From a bacterium (GTDB lineage Bacteria > Sysuimicrobiota > Sysuimicrobiia > Sysuimicrobiales > Humicultoraceae), in the NCBI GenBank assembly GCA_041497675.1, contig JBGQGY010000045.1, positions 1 through 24,128 of the forward strand: a stretch of DNA of 24,128 nucleotides, given 5' to 3'. Below the pieces are notes generated by a model, which saw only the letters and a program-made list of their open reading frames with translations, searched no databases and was not told the origin of the DNA. Both the position numbers and the translations under genes were made by a program. Below are positions 8,519-17,647 of the stretch, piece by piece (position 1 is the first letter of the stretch; every line of letters begins with the position of its first letter).

Positions 8519-9804
8519 CCCGCCGCCTCCAACAGCTCGAGCCATCGGCGGTAGAATGCGCGCGCGTTCGCTTCATTATATTTGCCTTCGTACACCGTCC
8601 CGGGCCCCGCAAACCCTCGGATCGGCGTGACCCCCAGGCCCATCTCGTAGAGAAACGACAGCCGGCCCGCGATCGTCGATCGGCTGTTTCGCGTGATGGC
8701 CGTGAAGTTCTCGGTGTCGTCCTGCGAGAAGATCCCCGACGTCCCAAAGGTGAGGATGTACGCCTGACGCGAGATGTCCTTCCAATACTGGGGCGCGTCC
8801 CGCTCCATCAACAGCCAGGTGCACTCCTCGATCCGATCGGGCGCGATCGGGCGCCAGAGAAACAACTCGGTGTGCGAGATGAGCCGGCCCTTGAACGTGA
8901 TGGCCGAGACGAGAAACGACAGGTTAGGGAAGACCGTGCCGGGCATGTTGGCCAACGACTTCAACAGCGCGAACTGCTCCGGGCGCAGGTGCCGCTCAAA
9001 CGTGGGTAGCAGTTCATCGGCGAAGATGAACTTCGCGGCCGGTGTCCCCACCATGACGCCGTGCCCGTTACCGGCCGAGACCTGATAGCCGTCCTTCGCC
9101 CACTTCGCCGACGGGGTCAGACCGATCTCGGCCATGGACGCGTGAGTGTGCAGCGTGTGATACGCGTCGCCGACGAAGTTCTCGGAGGGCAGTTTCCAGT
9201 TGGCGGCCAGTTCGTGGCGCATCGGCGGGCCGACCACCTCCATCTCGGCCCGCCCCGCGAGTAGGTCGAGATACCAGGTCATGGGGCCGAGATAGTCTCG
9301 CAGCGAATCGGCGTGATCGCTCCATGTTGCAAAGATGAGGCCAGCGTAAGATTCGCTGCGGGCCTTTACTAGTCCAAACCGCGATTTGTCGAAGTCGTCA
9401 CCGTAGATCTCCTTTTGGAACGGGATGCCGATCAGGTCTCCATCGTTCTTGTAAGTAAATCCGTGATACGGGCACCGGAAATGTGACGCGTTGCCCAGAT
9501 CCGCCCTGCAGATCCGCATGCCGCGGTGCCGGCACACGTTGAGCAACACCTGGATCTTCCCGTGCTCGTCGCGGGTCACGATCACCGGGTGCTCGCCCAT
9601 GTACCGGGTCACGTAGTCGCCGGGCGACGGCACTTCGGACTCGTGGGCCACGAATAGCCAGCAGCGAGAGAAGATGGCGTCCTGCTCGAGCCGGTAGACG
9701 TCGGGGTCCGAGAATATGGCTGCCGGGATCTCGCCCTGCTCGGGATGCACCTGCGCGAGCAGCGAGTCAACCCGCCCCCGCGGCTCAGTTCTGGAAACGG
9801 CCAT
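8515..9804 (-). CDS. Rieske aromatic ring-hydroxylating dioxygenase alpha subunit
   Basis: Rieske motif CRHRG...CPYHG; mononuclear iron ligands in NWK...ENFVGDAYHTLHTH and QDDTEN. Confidence 0.96.
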   Translation of the reverse strand: MAVSRTEPRGRVDSLLAQVHPEQGEIPAAIFSDPDVYRLEQDAIFSRCWLFVAHESEVPSPGDYVTRYMGEHPVIVTRDEHGKIQVLLNVCRHRGMRICRADLGNASHFRCPYHGFTYKNDGDLIGIPFQKEIYGDDFDKSRFGLVKARSESYAGLIFATWSDHADSLRDYLGPMTWYLDLLAGRAEMEVVGPPMRHELAANWKLPSENFVGDAYHTLHTHASMAEIGLTPSAKWAKDGYQVSAGNGHGVMVGTPAAKFIFADELLPTFERHLRPEQFALLKSLANMPGTVFPNLSFLVSAITFKGRLISHTELFLWRPIAPDRIEECTWLLMERDAPQYWKDISRQAYILTFGTSGIFSQDDTENFTAITRNSRSTIAGRLSFLYEMGLGVTPIRGFAGPGTVYEGKYNEANARAFYRRWLELLEAAG

Positions 9805-9829
9805 GCGGCCTCACCTCGGTTCGATCCCC

Positions 9830-11077
9830 TTATGCCAGACCCCAGACCCGCGAGACGGCAAGCGCGTACACCTGGCTGGCCTTCACGATGTTTTCGACCT
9901 CGACGCGCTCGTCGGGCACGCTGAGAAACTTGCCGCCGGGTCCGTACATGACGCCCGGGATCCCGGCCGCGTGCATGTGCGCCGAGTCGGCCCCCGCGTA
10001 CTTGGTGGGCGCCAGCGCCCCGACCTGCGGCGCCTGTCCAAACACCTCGCGGTGGGCCGCCGCCATGGTCGCGACGACCGGGCTATCCAGAGGCACCTCA
10101 AACGGCGGGAAGTAGATGTGTTCCTTCACCAGTTCTACATCTACCCGAAGATCGGGATCCTCAGCCCGCAGCCGGTCCATCAGCCGGCGCAGATCAGCCA
10201 TCACCGTCTCGGGGCTCTGACCCGGCACGATGCGCAGATCGACGATCATCTCGCAGTAGTCGGGCACCAGCGACGACCGCCACGTGAGGATCTGCGGCGT
10301 CATGCCCCCACGGATGACACCGAGGTTGAGCCGGGGCAGCCCCTCGTAGTCGGGCTTAGGCGTAAATGTCATCCACCCGCCGTGAGGGATCGTCTCGTAA
10401 CTCGGCCCCAACGCTTGCGCGATGCGCATGGCCTTCTCGATAGCGTGCACCTTGCGACCAGAACGGGTGGTGTAATGGCGCATCTGACCGCGGACGATGA
10501 TACGCACCTGCACGACACCGGCGTGCATCGTCACGACGCCCAGCTCGGTCGGCTCGGCTAGGATGAACATATCGGCCCGCAGGCCGTCGGCCAGCGCGGC
10601 ACGTGTCCCGACCCCGCCTTCGAGCTCGCCGACCACAAACGCGATAGTGATGTCGCCCTTTGGTCGAACGCCCGACTTCTTGACCGCCTCGACGGCGGCG
10701 AGCATCGCCGCGTCGCCAGCCTTCATGTTCGCGGTCCCGAGACCGTAGACCCAGCCGTCGTCCACGTCGCCGCAAAACGGATCGCGCGTCCACCCCTCGC
10801 ACACCATGTTGTGGTCCATGTGTCCGTTAAAGAGGATGGACGGCGCCTCACCGGATCCCTGCAGCCGGCCGATGACGTTGGACCGCCCCGCCGTGACCTC
10901 GTGCTCCCACACGTCGTCAAACCCCATAGACCGCATCGTGTTGGCGGCCCAATCGGCGACGTGCTTCTCTTCCTTGCAGAAACTCGGCACACGGACCATC
11001 GCCTGCGTGAGCGCGATCACGCGATCGGGATCGAGACTCGCCAGAATCGGATTGTGGGTGAGGCCGCGTGCGGTCAT
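9830..11077 (-). CDS. M20 (ArgE/DapE-like) metallo-hydrolase with non-canonical metal ligands
   Basis: FNGHMDHN, VYGLGTANMKAG, AEPT, DLRIVPG, YGPG...PDERV; ATGA overlap with the binding-protein stop. Confidence 0.88.
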   Translation of the reverse strand: MTARGLTHNPILASLDPDRVIALTQAMVRVPSFCKEEKHVADWAANTMRSMGFDDVWEHEVTAGRSNVIGRLQGSGEAPSILFNGHMDHNMVCEGWTRDPFCGDVDDGWVYGLGTANMKAGDAAMLAAVEAVKKSGVRPKGDITIAFVVGELEGGVGTRAALADGLRADMFILAEPTELGVVTMHAGVVQVRIIVRGQMRHYTTRSGRKVHAIEKAMRIAQALGPSYETIPHGGWMTFTPKPDYEGLPRLNLGVIRGGMTPQILTWRSSLVPDYCEMIVDLRIVPGQSPETVMADLRRLMDRLRAEDPDLRVDVELVKEHIYFPPFEVPLDSPVVATMAAAHREVFGQAPQVGALAPTKYAGADSAHMHAAGIPGVMYGPGGKFLSVPDERVEVENIVKASQVYALAVSRVWGLA

Positions 11078-12663
11078 CTGGCGATCGTCACCTGCCGGAC
11101 GTCGATCAGACCGGCAGAGCTGGGGATGAAGCGCACGCCCTTGACGTGGGATCGCCACGCCACCGCCTCACGCCGCTCGGTCAAGAAGAGCCACGGCGCG
11201 TCATCCATGACGATCTCCTGTACCTGCCCGTAGATCTGCTGCCGCGCGCTGGGATCGATCGTCGCCGCGCCGCGGTCGAGCAGCTCGTCGACCTGGGGAT
11301 TCTTGTAGAAGGCCAGGTTGTTGCCGCGTGGCGGCATGGACTGCGAGTGCAGCACCGGCCGCATCCCGCTGTCGGGGTCGGCGGTGCCCCACCCCGCCAT
11401 GACGAGATCGATGCGCGTCTCGCCCGGCCCGCGACGTAGCTCGGCCAGATAGGCCGCGAACTCGAGCTCCTGCACGCGGATTTCGGCGCCCACCCCACGC
11501 AACGCCGAGGCCACCACCTGCGCCATCTCCGCGCCGCCGGGGAATCGCGCGACCGGCACCCAGAGCACGCCGGTCAGACGCTGTCCCCCTTCCTTCACCC
11601 GCACGCCGTCGGGCCCGGGCCGCCAGCCGGCCCGATCGAGCAGCTGTTTCGCGAGCGCCGGATCGTACTGATAGGTCTTGACGCCCTTGTGCGCCTTGTA
11701 GCCCGAGCCGATCGGCGAGTCGGCCACACGCCCAACGCCAAAGAGGATCTTGTCGATGATGGTCTGCTTGTCCACCAGATAGTTGAGCGCGCGCCGCACC
11801 TGGACGTCGGCGAACTGCGGCTTCGACGTGTTCATGGCAATGTACGTCCACGACGTGGCGGGACGGACGTCGAGTTCGACGCCCCGCATCCCCTTCAGCC
11901 GCGAGATCTCAAAGATCGGCACCTGCGTGATCAGATCGGCCTCGCCGGCCTCGAGCTGGTTCACACGCGTCGAGGCGGTCGGCGACGCCCGGATGATCAG
12001 CCGGTCCACCTGCGGCGGCGTCCCCCAGTAGTCGCGGTTCGCCTCGAGCACCAGATCGCCGTCGGGGACCCAACTGACGAACTTGAACGGCCCGGTCCCG
12101 ACGGGGACGAAGTCCCTCGGCTCGCGCGCCCGCTGGATCGCGGCCGGGCTCTGGATCACGCCGAGCCCCGAGTCAGCGATGTTGTTGAGCAGCGCAGCGA
12201 GGGGCTGATCGCCGGAGATCTCGACGGTGAACTCATCGACCTTGCGCGCGGCCTTGACGCCGCCCCACGCGAATGTGCCGGCGAAGAGCCGCAGTTGCGG
12301 ATCGATGGCGCGCTGCACGTTGAACACGACGGCGTCGGCGTTGAACGGCGTGCCGTCGTGGAACTTGACGCCCTGGCGGAGCTTGAACGTCCACGTGCGG
12401 CCGTCGCGCGACGCCGACCACTGCGTCGCGAGCCCGGGCACGATGTTCAGACGCTCATCGTGGTCGACCAGACGGTCGAAGACGTTGCGGCCCAACGCCA
12501 TGCCCGTGGCCAGCGCAAACGACGCGGACGGGTCGAGCCGGTCGATCGCGACGTGCAATCCCCAGGTGAGCGTCGTACCCCGCCCCGCAGGCGCGGAGAA
12601 CCCGGCGCCTCCTGCCACGAGAATCAGGGCCAGAGCCAGGCACAGCGCGAGCCATCGGGCCAT
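11074..12663 (-). CDS. ABC transporter substrate-binding protein, peptide/nickel family 5
   Basis: Signal peptide MARWLALCLALAL..., PGLATQW, FKLRQGVKFHDGTPFNADAV, GTGPF, VRRAL; GAGGAGG RBS before ATG 12663. Confidence 0.93.
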   Translation of the reverse strand: MARWLALCLALALILVAGGAGFSAPAGRGTTLTWGLHVAIDRLDPSASFALATGMALGRNVFDRLVDHDERLNIVPGLATQWSASRDGRTWTFKLRQGVKFHDGTPFNADAVVFNVQRAIDPQLRLFAGTFAWGGVKAARKVDEFTVEISGDQPLAALLNNIADSGLGVIQSPAAIQRAREPRDFVPVGTGPFKFVSWVPDGDLVLEANRDYWGTPPQVDRLIIRASPTASTRVNQLEAGEADLITQVPIFEISRLKGMRGVELDVRPATSWTYIAMNTSKPQFADVQVRRALNYLVDKQTIIDKILFGVGRVADSPIGSGYKAHKGVKTYQYDPALAKQLLDRAGWRPGPDGVRVKEGGQRLTGVLWVPVARFPGGAEMAQVVASALRGVGAEIRVQELEFAAYLAELRRGPGETRIDLVMAGWGTADPDSGMRPVLHSQSMPPRGNNLAFYKNPQVDELLDRGAATIDPSARQQIYGQVQEIVMDDAPWLFLTERREAVAWRSHVKGVRFIPSSAGLIDVRQVTIAR

Positions 12664-12667
12664 CCTT

Positions 12668-13510
12668 TCATCCTCCTCGTTGGACGCGGCGTGCCTGCGC
12701 ACGTGGGTTCAGCGCATCGGCAACCGCATCACCGAACAGATTGACGCTCAGGACGGTCAAGAGCATCGCCCCTCCGGGGATCAATGCGATGTGCGGCGCG
12801 CGGCGCAGGAATTCCTGCCCTTGGCTAAGCATCGCGCCCCACTCGGGCCGGACGGGATCGCCGCCCAGCCCCAAAAATCCCAGACCGGCGATGGTCACGA
12901 TCGTCGTCCCGAGGCGCAGCGCCGCGATCACCACGATGGGAGTGATGCACCCGGGCAGCACGTGTCTGACCGCGACGCGCGACGGCGTCGCGCCCAGGGC
13001 GCGCGCAGCGACGACGTACTCGTGCTCGCGGATAGCGAGCGCTGACCCGCGGACGAGACGCGCGAAGGCCGGGGCCGACGCGAGCCCGACGGCCAGCACG
13101 ACGTGCTCCTGGCTCGGGCCCAGCACCGCCACAGCCAAAATCGCGAGGAGCACGCCGGGGAACGACATCAGCACCTCGACCAGGCTCATGATGAGGTCAT
13201 CGGTGCGTCCGCCGGCATACCCGGCGATGAGCCCGGCGGGCACGCCGGCCACCAGCGAGAGCGCGAGCGCGGCCAGCCCACCGCCGAGTGAGACGCGCGC
13301 TCCGGCCACGACGCGCGCCAGCAGATCGCGGCCCAATTGATCCGTCCCGAGCGCATGACTGCCGCCTGGCGGCAAGAAGGTTTCCCGAAGATTCGGTTCT
13401 AGTGGATCATACGGCGCCACTGCCGGCCCCAGCATCGCCGCGAGGACGATGGCCGCGAGGAGCACCAACCCCGCCAGGCCCGCGTGGTCGCGGCGCAGAT
13501 GCCTCCACAT
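12668..13510 (-). CDS. Peptide/nickel ABC transporter permease (DppC/OppC-like)
   Basis: LGTDQLGRD, EAA-type loop EYVVAARALGA, RHVLP, PEWGAML. Confidence 0.93.
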   Translation of the reverse strand: MWRHLRRDHAGLAGLVLLAAIVLAAMLGPAVAPYDPLEPNLRETFLPPGGSHALGTDQLGRDLLARVVAGARVSLGGGLAALALSLVAGVPAGLIAGYAGGRTDDLIMSLVEVLMSFPGVLLAILAVAVLGPSQEHVVLAVGLASAPAFARLVRGSALAIREHEYVVAARALGATPSRVAVRHVLPGCITPIVVIAALRLGTTIVTIAGLGFLGLGGDPVRPEWGAMLSQGQEFLRRAPHIALIPGGAMLLTVLSVNLFGDAVADALNPRAQARRVQRGG

Positions 13511-13513
13511 GGG

Positions 13514-14428
13514 TCAGCGCACCCTCGGGTCCAGCCAGCCGTACAGCATGTCGACGGCGGCGTTGACCGCGACATAGGTGACGGCGAGCAGGAGCACGGC
13601 GCCCTGCACCACGGGATAGTCGCGGTACCCGATCGCCTGCACCAGGTATCGCCCGACGCCGGGCCACGCAAAGACGGCTTCGGCGAAGACCGACGCGCCG
13701 AGCATCGCGCCAAACTGCAGCCCGATGATCGTCACGGTGGGGATGAACGCCGGCTTGAGCGCGTGTCGAAGCACGACGAGCGTCTCGGGCACGCCTTTGG
13801 CCCGCGCGGTGCGGACGAAATCCTCGCCGAAGACTTCGAGCAGACCCGCGCGGAGCAATCGAGTGATGTTCGAGACGGAGAACATGCCGAGGCTCACCGC
13901 GGGCAGCACCAGGTGCCGCCACGTCGCCGATCCCGCCACCGGCAGCCAGCCGAGCCGCACGGCCAGCGCGAGCTGCAGGATCATGCCGACCAGAAACGTC
14001 GGCGCCGACACTCCGAGCAGCGCGACGACGACGCTCGTCCTGTCGACCCAGCGTCCCTGGTAGACTGCCGCCAGGATTCCGAGCGGCAGCCCGACGGCGA
14101 CGCTGAACAAGATGGCCGCGGCCGCGAGCACCAGCGTCGAGGGATACCGACGGGCCAGCTCCGCCGCGACGGGCTGGCCCGTCCGGATTGACGTGCCGAG
14201 ATCACCGCCAATCGCGCGCCGAACAAAGATCGCGTATTGCGCGACGAGGGGTCTGTCGAGTCCAAGATCGGTCCGGATCTTGGAGACGAGTTCGCCGGGA
14301 GCCTGATCGCCGGCGTAGATCAGCGCGGGATCGCCTGGGATGAGCCGCAGGCTGAAAAAGACGAGCGCCGAGATCCCGAGTAATACGGGGATGGTCCGGA
14401 GGGCGCGGCGCAGGAGAACGTGAGCCAC
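13514..14428 (-). CDS. Peptide/nickel ABC transporter permease (DppB/OppB-like)
   Basis: PGDPA, LGLDRP, GDLGTS, DFVRTARAKG, FAWPGVG, RDYPVVQG, LDPRVR. Confidence 0.94.
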   Translation of the reverse strand: MAHVLLRRALRTIPVLLGISALVFFSLRLIPGDPALIYAGDQAPGELVSKIRTDLGLDRPLVAQYAIFVRRAIGGDLGTSIRTGQPVAAELARRYPSTLVLAAAAILFSVAVGLPLGILAAVYQGRWVDRTSVVVALLGVSAPTFLVGMILQLALAVRLGWLPVAGSATWRHLVLPAVSLGMFSVSNITRLLRAGLLEVFGEDFVRTARAKGVPETLVVLRHALKPAFIPTVTIIGLQFGAMLGASVFAEAVFAWPGVGRYLVQAIGYRDYPVVQGAVLLLAVTYVAVNAAVDMLYGWLDPRVR

Positions 14429-14454
14429 GCTCGTCCCGCGCCCAGCCCGCCGCG

Positions 14455-15459
14455 CTACCGCGCGAACAGATCGATCAGACGCTGGGTCTGGTGCGCGGCC
14501 GCGGGCCGCAGCAGGGGGAGTCTCACACCGGCGTCGCGGTAGGCCTGTACACGCCTGACGACCTCGTCGGGCGTGCCGGTCGCAGTCATACCTTCAATGT
14601 ATGAGTCAGGCACTGCGTCAATCAGCGCCTCCATACCGCCTCGGGCGTGGGCTGCTTCAAACCTGGGGATGTCTTCTTTAACAATATACGGCTCGCCCAC
14701 GCGCATTTTGGGCCCGGCGATAAAGGGAATCTGCACGGGATCGAACTTCGTGGCGACTTCCCATCTGATCGCGTCGAGCGCCTTCTTGTGGTCATCTTCT
14801 ATGGAACAGTTGATGATCTGCGCGACCTCGAACTTCGACCAGTCCTTCCCAGCGGCCTCAGTTTCCTTCCTTATGATCTTGAGCGCGTTGACCGTGTACT
14901 CCGGCGAACACACGGCGTTGAGGACGACGCCATCGCCGATCTGCCCTGCGAGCCGCAGCCCGGTCCGGCTGGTCGCAGGGATATAGATAGGAATCGACTT
15001 GCGATGCGGGGTCCATCCCAGCCCGACATTGTCAAAAGTTACAAACCGCCCGTGGTACGATACCTTTTCGCCGGTCAGCACGAGCCGAATCGCTTCAACC
15101 CATTCTCGCAACGTTTGCGCCGGATCCAGCGGTTCGAGCGAGTGCCGCCGCGCGTGGCTGTTGGTGCATGCGCCCGGCGCGATGGTCATGCGGCCGCCGG
15201 TCAGCTCGTCCAAACTGGCCGCGCTCTGCGCCATGACGACGGGGGTGCGCAACCGGACGATCTGCGTGGTGCCCAAAATCAACCTTTTCGTCGCGATCCC
15301 AATGGCGGCCAGCGCAGTGACGGAGTCGCGCATGAGCTCGATGGTCTCGGAGAAGAACCCCATCTCGAACCCGCGCTCCTCGGCCTGCCGCATGAGCTCA
15401 GCCATCTCCCGCGAGTTGGTGAACTTCCCATACCCGAGCGCAAACCCCACCCTACCCAT
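14455..15459 (-). CDS. LLM-class (luciferase-like) flavin/F420-dependent oxidoreductase
   Basis: AEERGF, TPVVMAQSAASLDELTGGR, LAGQIGDGVVL, GTPDEV...YRDAGV; CAGGAGG RBS. Confidence 0.88.
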   Translation of the reverse strand: MGRVGFALGYGKFTNSREMAELMRQAEERGFEMGFFSETIELMRDSVTALAAIGIATKRLILGTTQIVRLRTPVVMAQSAASLDELTGGRMTIAPGACTNSHARRHSLEPLDPAQTLREWVEAIRLVLTGEKVSYHGRFVTFDNVGLGWTPHRKSIPIYIPATSRTGLRLAGQIGDGVVLNAVCSPEYTVNALKIIRKETEAAGKDWSKFEVAQIINCSIEDDHKKALDAIRWEVATKFDPVQIPFIAGPKMRVGEPYIVKEDIPRFEAAHARGGMEALIDAVPDSYIEGMTATGTPDEVVRRVQAYRDAGVRLPLLRPAAAHQTQRLIDLFAR

Positions 15460-15571
15460 GCACCCTCCTGATTAACGTACTCGGTCCGCCCCGAGTTTTA
15501 TCTTCGCGGCCCTTGGTCTTTGGCCCTCAACCTACAGGGAAAGTGACATTGACTGCAAGCGGAGGCTAGCT

Positions 15572-16231
15572 TTATCGTTGCTTTCTCGTTGCGACTCTGT
15601 TCTTGACCACCCGAAACGATTGAAAGGCCAGTCTTGCCTTAATGACGTCTACCTCAGGGCCCAGGTCGCCCAAGACGCTACGAATCTCCTTTACCGTATA
15701 GACACAACGAGGCCCAAGAATTGCTTGGTGCAAGCGAATGTCGCTATCATATTCTCGGAAAAAGAAACCTGTCTCACGATCGCTTCCCTCCAACTTCAGG
15801 AAGATCCTCACCTCGTCCTCGTATTTCCAGTCCTCAAACTTGGTGCTCAGGATTTGCACTCTGGTGCGCCCGTCGAGCGCCCCCTTCTTGAGCTTGTTTT
15901 CAAGCCTTAGTTGCAGGCGTGTGCCCGTATACGTGACGGGCTTCAAAAGGCGCTTCGCAACTTCGAAGCCAAGACACATTCCCTTGTGCCTATCAGCGTA
16001 GTGACTCCACAAAACCGGATTTGCCCAAGCGCGGCTGAAGCAAAGGACGCCAAACTTCTCCGTCACTTCCTCTTTGAATTTCCGAAACGCCTTTCGGTAC
16101 TCGGGCGTTGACAATTCCTCACTGAGCAGTTCGAAAGGATCGTTCAGATCGTTCCACTGTGAAATCTTCAGCCTTCTTTTCACAAGGCTCTGTAGCCCGT
16201 GCTCGGCCGACAGAAAGTGGAAGACGTTCAA
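15572..16231 (-). CDS. DUF2971 domain protein (predicted ADP-ribosyltransferase-like fold)
   Basis: NDLNDPFE, GVLCFS...NPVLWSHYADRHKGMCLGF and TKFEDWKYEDEVR are the DUF2971 signature; TTG start; visibly more AT-rich than the flanks. Confidence 0.85.
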   Translation of the reverse strand: MNVFHFLSAEHGLQSLVKRRLKISQWNDLNDPFELLSEELSTPEYRKAFRKFKEEVTEKFGVLCFSRAWANPVLWSHYADRHKGMCLGFEVAKRLLKPVTYTGTRLQLRLENKLKKGALDGRTRVQILSTKFEDWKYEDEVRIFLKLEGSDRETGFFFREYDSDIRLHQAILGPRCVYTVKEIRSVLGDLGPEVDVIKARLAFQSFRVVKNRVATRKQR

Positions 16232-16290
16232 ATTATCTGGACGGATGGCGACGGCGAGATCGGGTGCAAGCTATTGTCAGCGACCCGGCC

Positions 16291-17457
16291 TCAAGCGCCG
16301 GTCTCCGTGTAGCGGTCGGGCATGGGGTGGTTCTTGATGTCGTTTATCGCCTCGAGCAGCTTGATCGTGGCGTCACCGTCGAGGGTGTCGCCCGTGTAAC
16401 GGACCTCGAAAAGTCCTTGGAGATTCGAGGGTAGCTTGACTCCCTCTCTGACGAGAAGAATGAAACGGCGCCCAAACAGAGCCATCGCGGCCCCAATCTC
16501 AATGAGAACATTTGGATTCAAGACGACGTGCTCGGCAGCTTCCTTGTCAATGAGCTTCTGTTCTGCGTCCACATGGATGATGGCAGCACCGCAACTGCGC
16601 ATTTCACCCATGACTTTGTCGGGAACTGGTTGCGATACCGAGGTTTTCTCGACGGAAATAACGGGCTCGAGCTCTCCGAAACCGAGCAGTTTCTTAATCG
16701 GATCGATCAACGCCTTGTTCTTCCCGTGAGTGATGAAGACCCTGCGTTCTTGGACACCAGAGGCCAACGCCCTGCGTTGTATGGTTGGTGGAAGTGGGAC
16801 AATTGGTGCTTCCTCTTCCTGGTCCTGTGGAGCTGCAACCTCCGGTTCCTCACCCGTGTGGCGGGGAGCCGGGTGCGGTACTCCGCTGAGGTCAACGTAC
16901 TTCTTGTCCTTGATCTCCCGAAGGACGCCGACCGACTCCGCACCTTGGACAACGAAGTCAAGAACTTCATCCACACGGTCCGGCGGCACACCCAACTCAA
17001 GGAGGACATTGACAGCGATGTCGGCCCGCGGAAGAGCAGAGCCATTGTACCTTTGAAGAAACTCGCCAATAACCCGTGGGCGCAGGAGAGCCTCGCGCCG
17101 AGCGAGGAGATCATCGCCCTCCCTAGTTGGACGAACGATCCGCATCCCGAGAGGAGTGACGGTGATTTCCGGTGCATTGGGTCCGCCGGAGGTGACGCCG
17201 TACGCGATTGCGGCACCGGACAAAAGCCGGAATCGTCCGGCGCTCGGCTGCATCTCGAGGGCTGCCGCGACGTTCAATGGCGACGTCGGTTTGGCAGCGT
17301 AGTTTTCAGCGATCGCGCGCGGAACTCGTAGCGCGTCCTCCAAGACGCAACCGGGCACTTCGGCCTGGGAGAGGTAAGACCGCTTGCGGCCCTCAGCCGC
17401 GCTATCGGCTTTCCTCTCTTTCGCCGACGCGCCGGTCGCTCTCTTGCGTCCTGCCAT
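16291..17457 (-). CDS. TIR-domain protein (CAP12/Pycsar-type TIR at the C-terminus) with an N-terminal domain of unknown function
   Basis: C-terminal RVFITHG...DKV...AAIIH...NPNVLIEIGAAMA...LPSNLQG with the catalytic Glu; about 190-aa N-terminal domain and an acidic/Pro linker; GAGGTG RBS. Confidence 0.87.
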   Translation of the reverse strand: MAGRKRATGASAKERKADSAAEGRKRSYLSQAEVPGCVLEDALRVPRAIAENYAAKPTSPLNVAAALEMQPSAGRFRLLSGAAIAYGVTSGGPNAPEITVTPLGMRIVRPTREGDDLLARREALLRPRVIGEFLQRYNGSALPRADIAVNVLLELGVPPDRVDEVLDFVVQGAESVGVLREIKDKKYVDLSGVPHPAPRHTGEEPEVAAPQDQEEEAPIVPLPPTIQRRALASGVQERRVFITHGKNKALIDPIKKLLGFGELEPVISVEKTSVSQPVPDKVMGEMRSCGAAIIHVDAEQKLIDKEAAEHVVLNPNVLIEIGAAMALFGRRFILLVREGVKLPSNLQGLFEVRYTGDTLDGDATIKLLEAINDIKNHPMPDRYTETGA

Positions 17458-17520
17458 GGGTCACCTCTTCTGCCTGCGCCCACCGAAGCGTTGAATAGAA
17501 ACATGCTAGGCCTAGCGCCA

Positions 17521-17549
17521 ATTATCCGGGGTTTAGGAAAACTCTACAA
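17521..17549 (-). promoter_or_regulatory. Putative sigma70 promoter of the TIR gene
   Basis: TTGTAG, 17 nt spacer, GATAAT, about 63 nt upstream of the ATG at 17457. Confidence 0.5.
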
Positions 17550-17647
17550 TCCCCGCTGGTCCAAAAGGGGCGGAATGGCGGGCAATGGGTGAGGTGGATG
17601 GCGGCCTACTTGGAGGCGGCCTTGAAGTGACCCTGTCGAGAGCTAGT

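Noticed and set aside
11689..13340. Long plus-strand ORFs opposite the ABC transporter
   Set aside because: Shadow ORFs of clearly assigned minus-strand genes.
16528..17331. 267-aa ORF antisense to the TIR gene
   Set aside because: Lies entirely within the TIR gene on the opposite strand, with no motif or RBS support.
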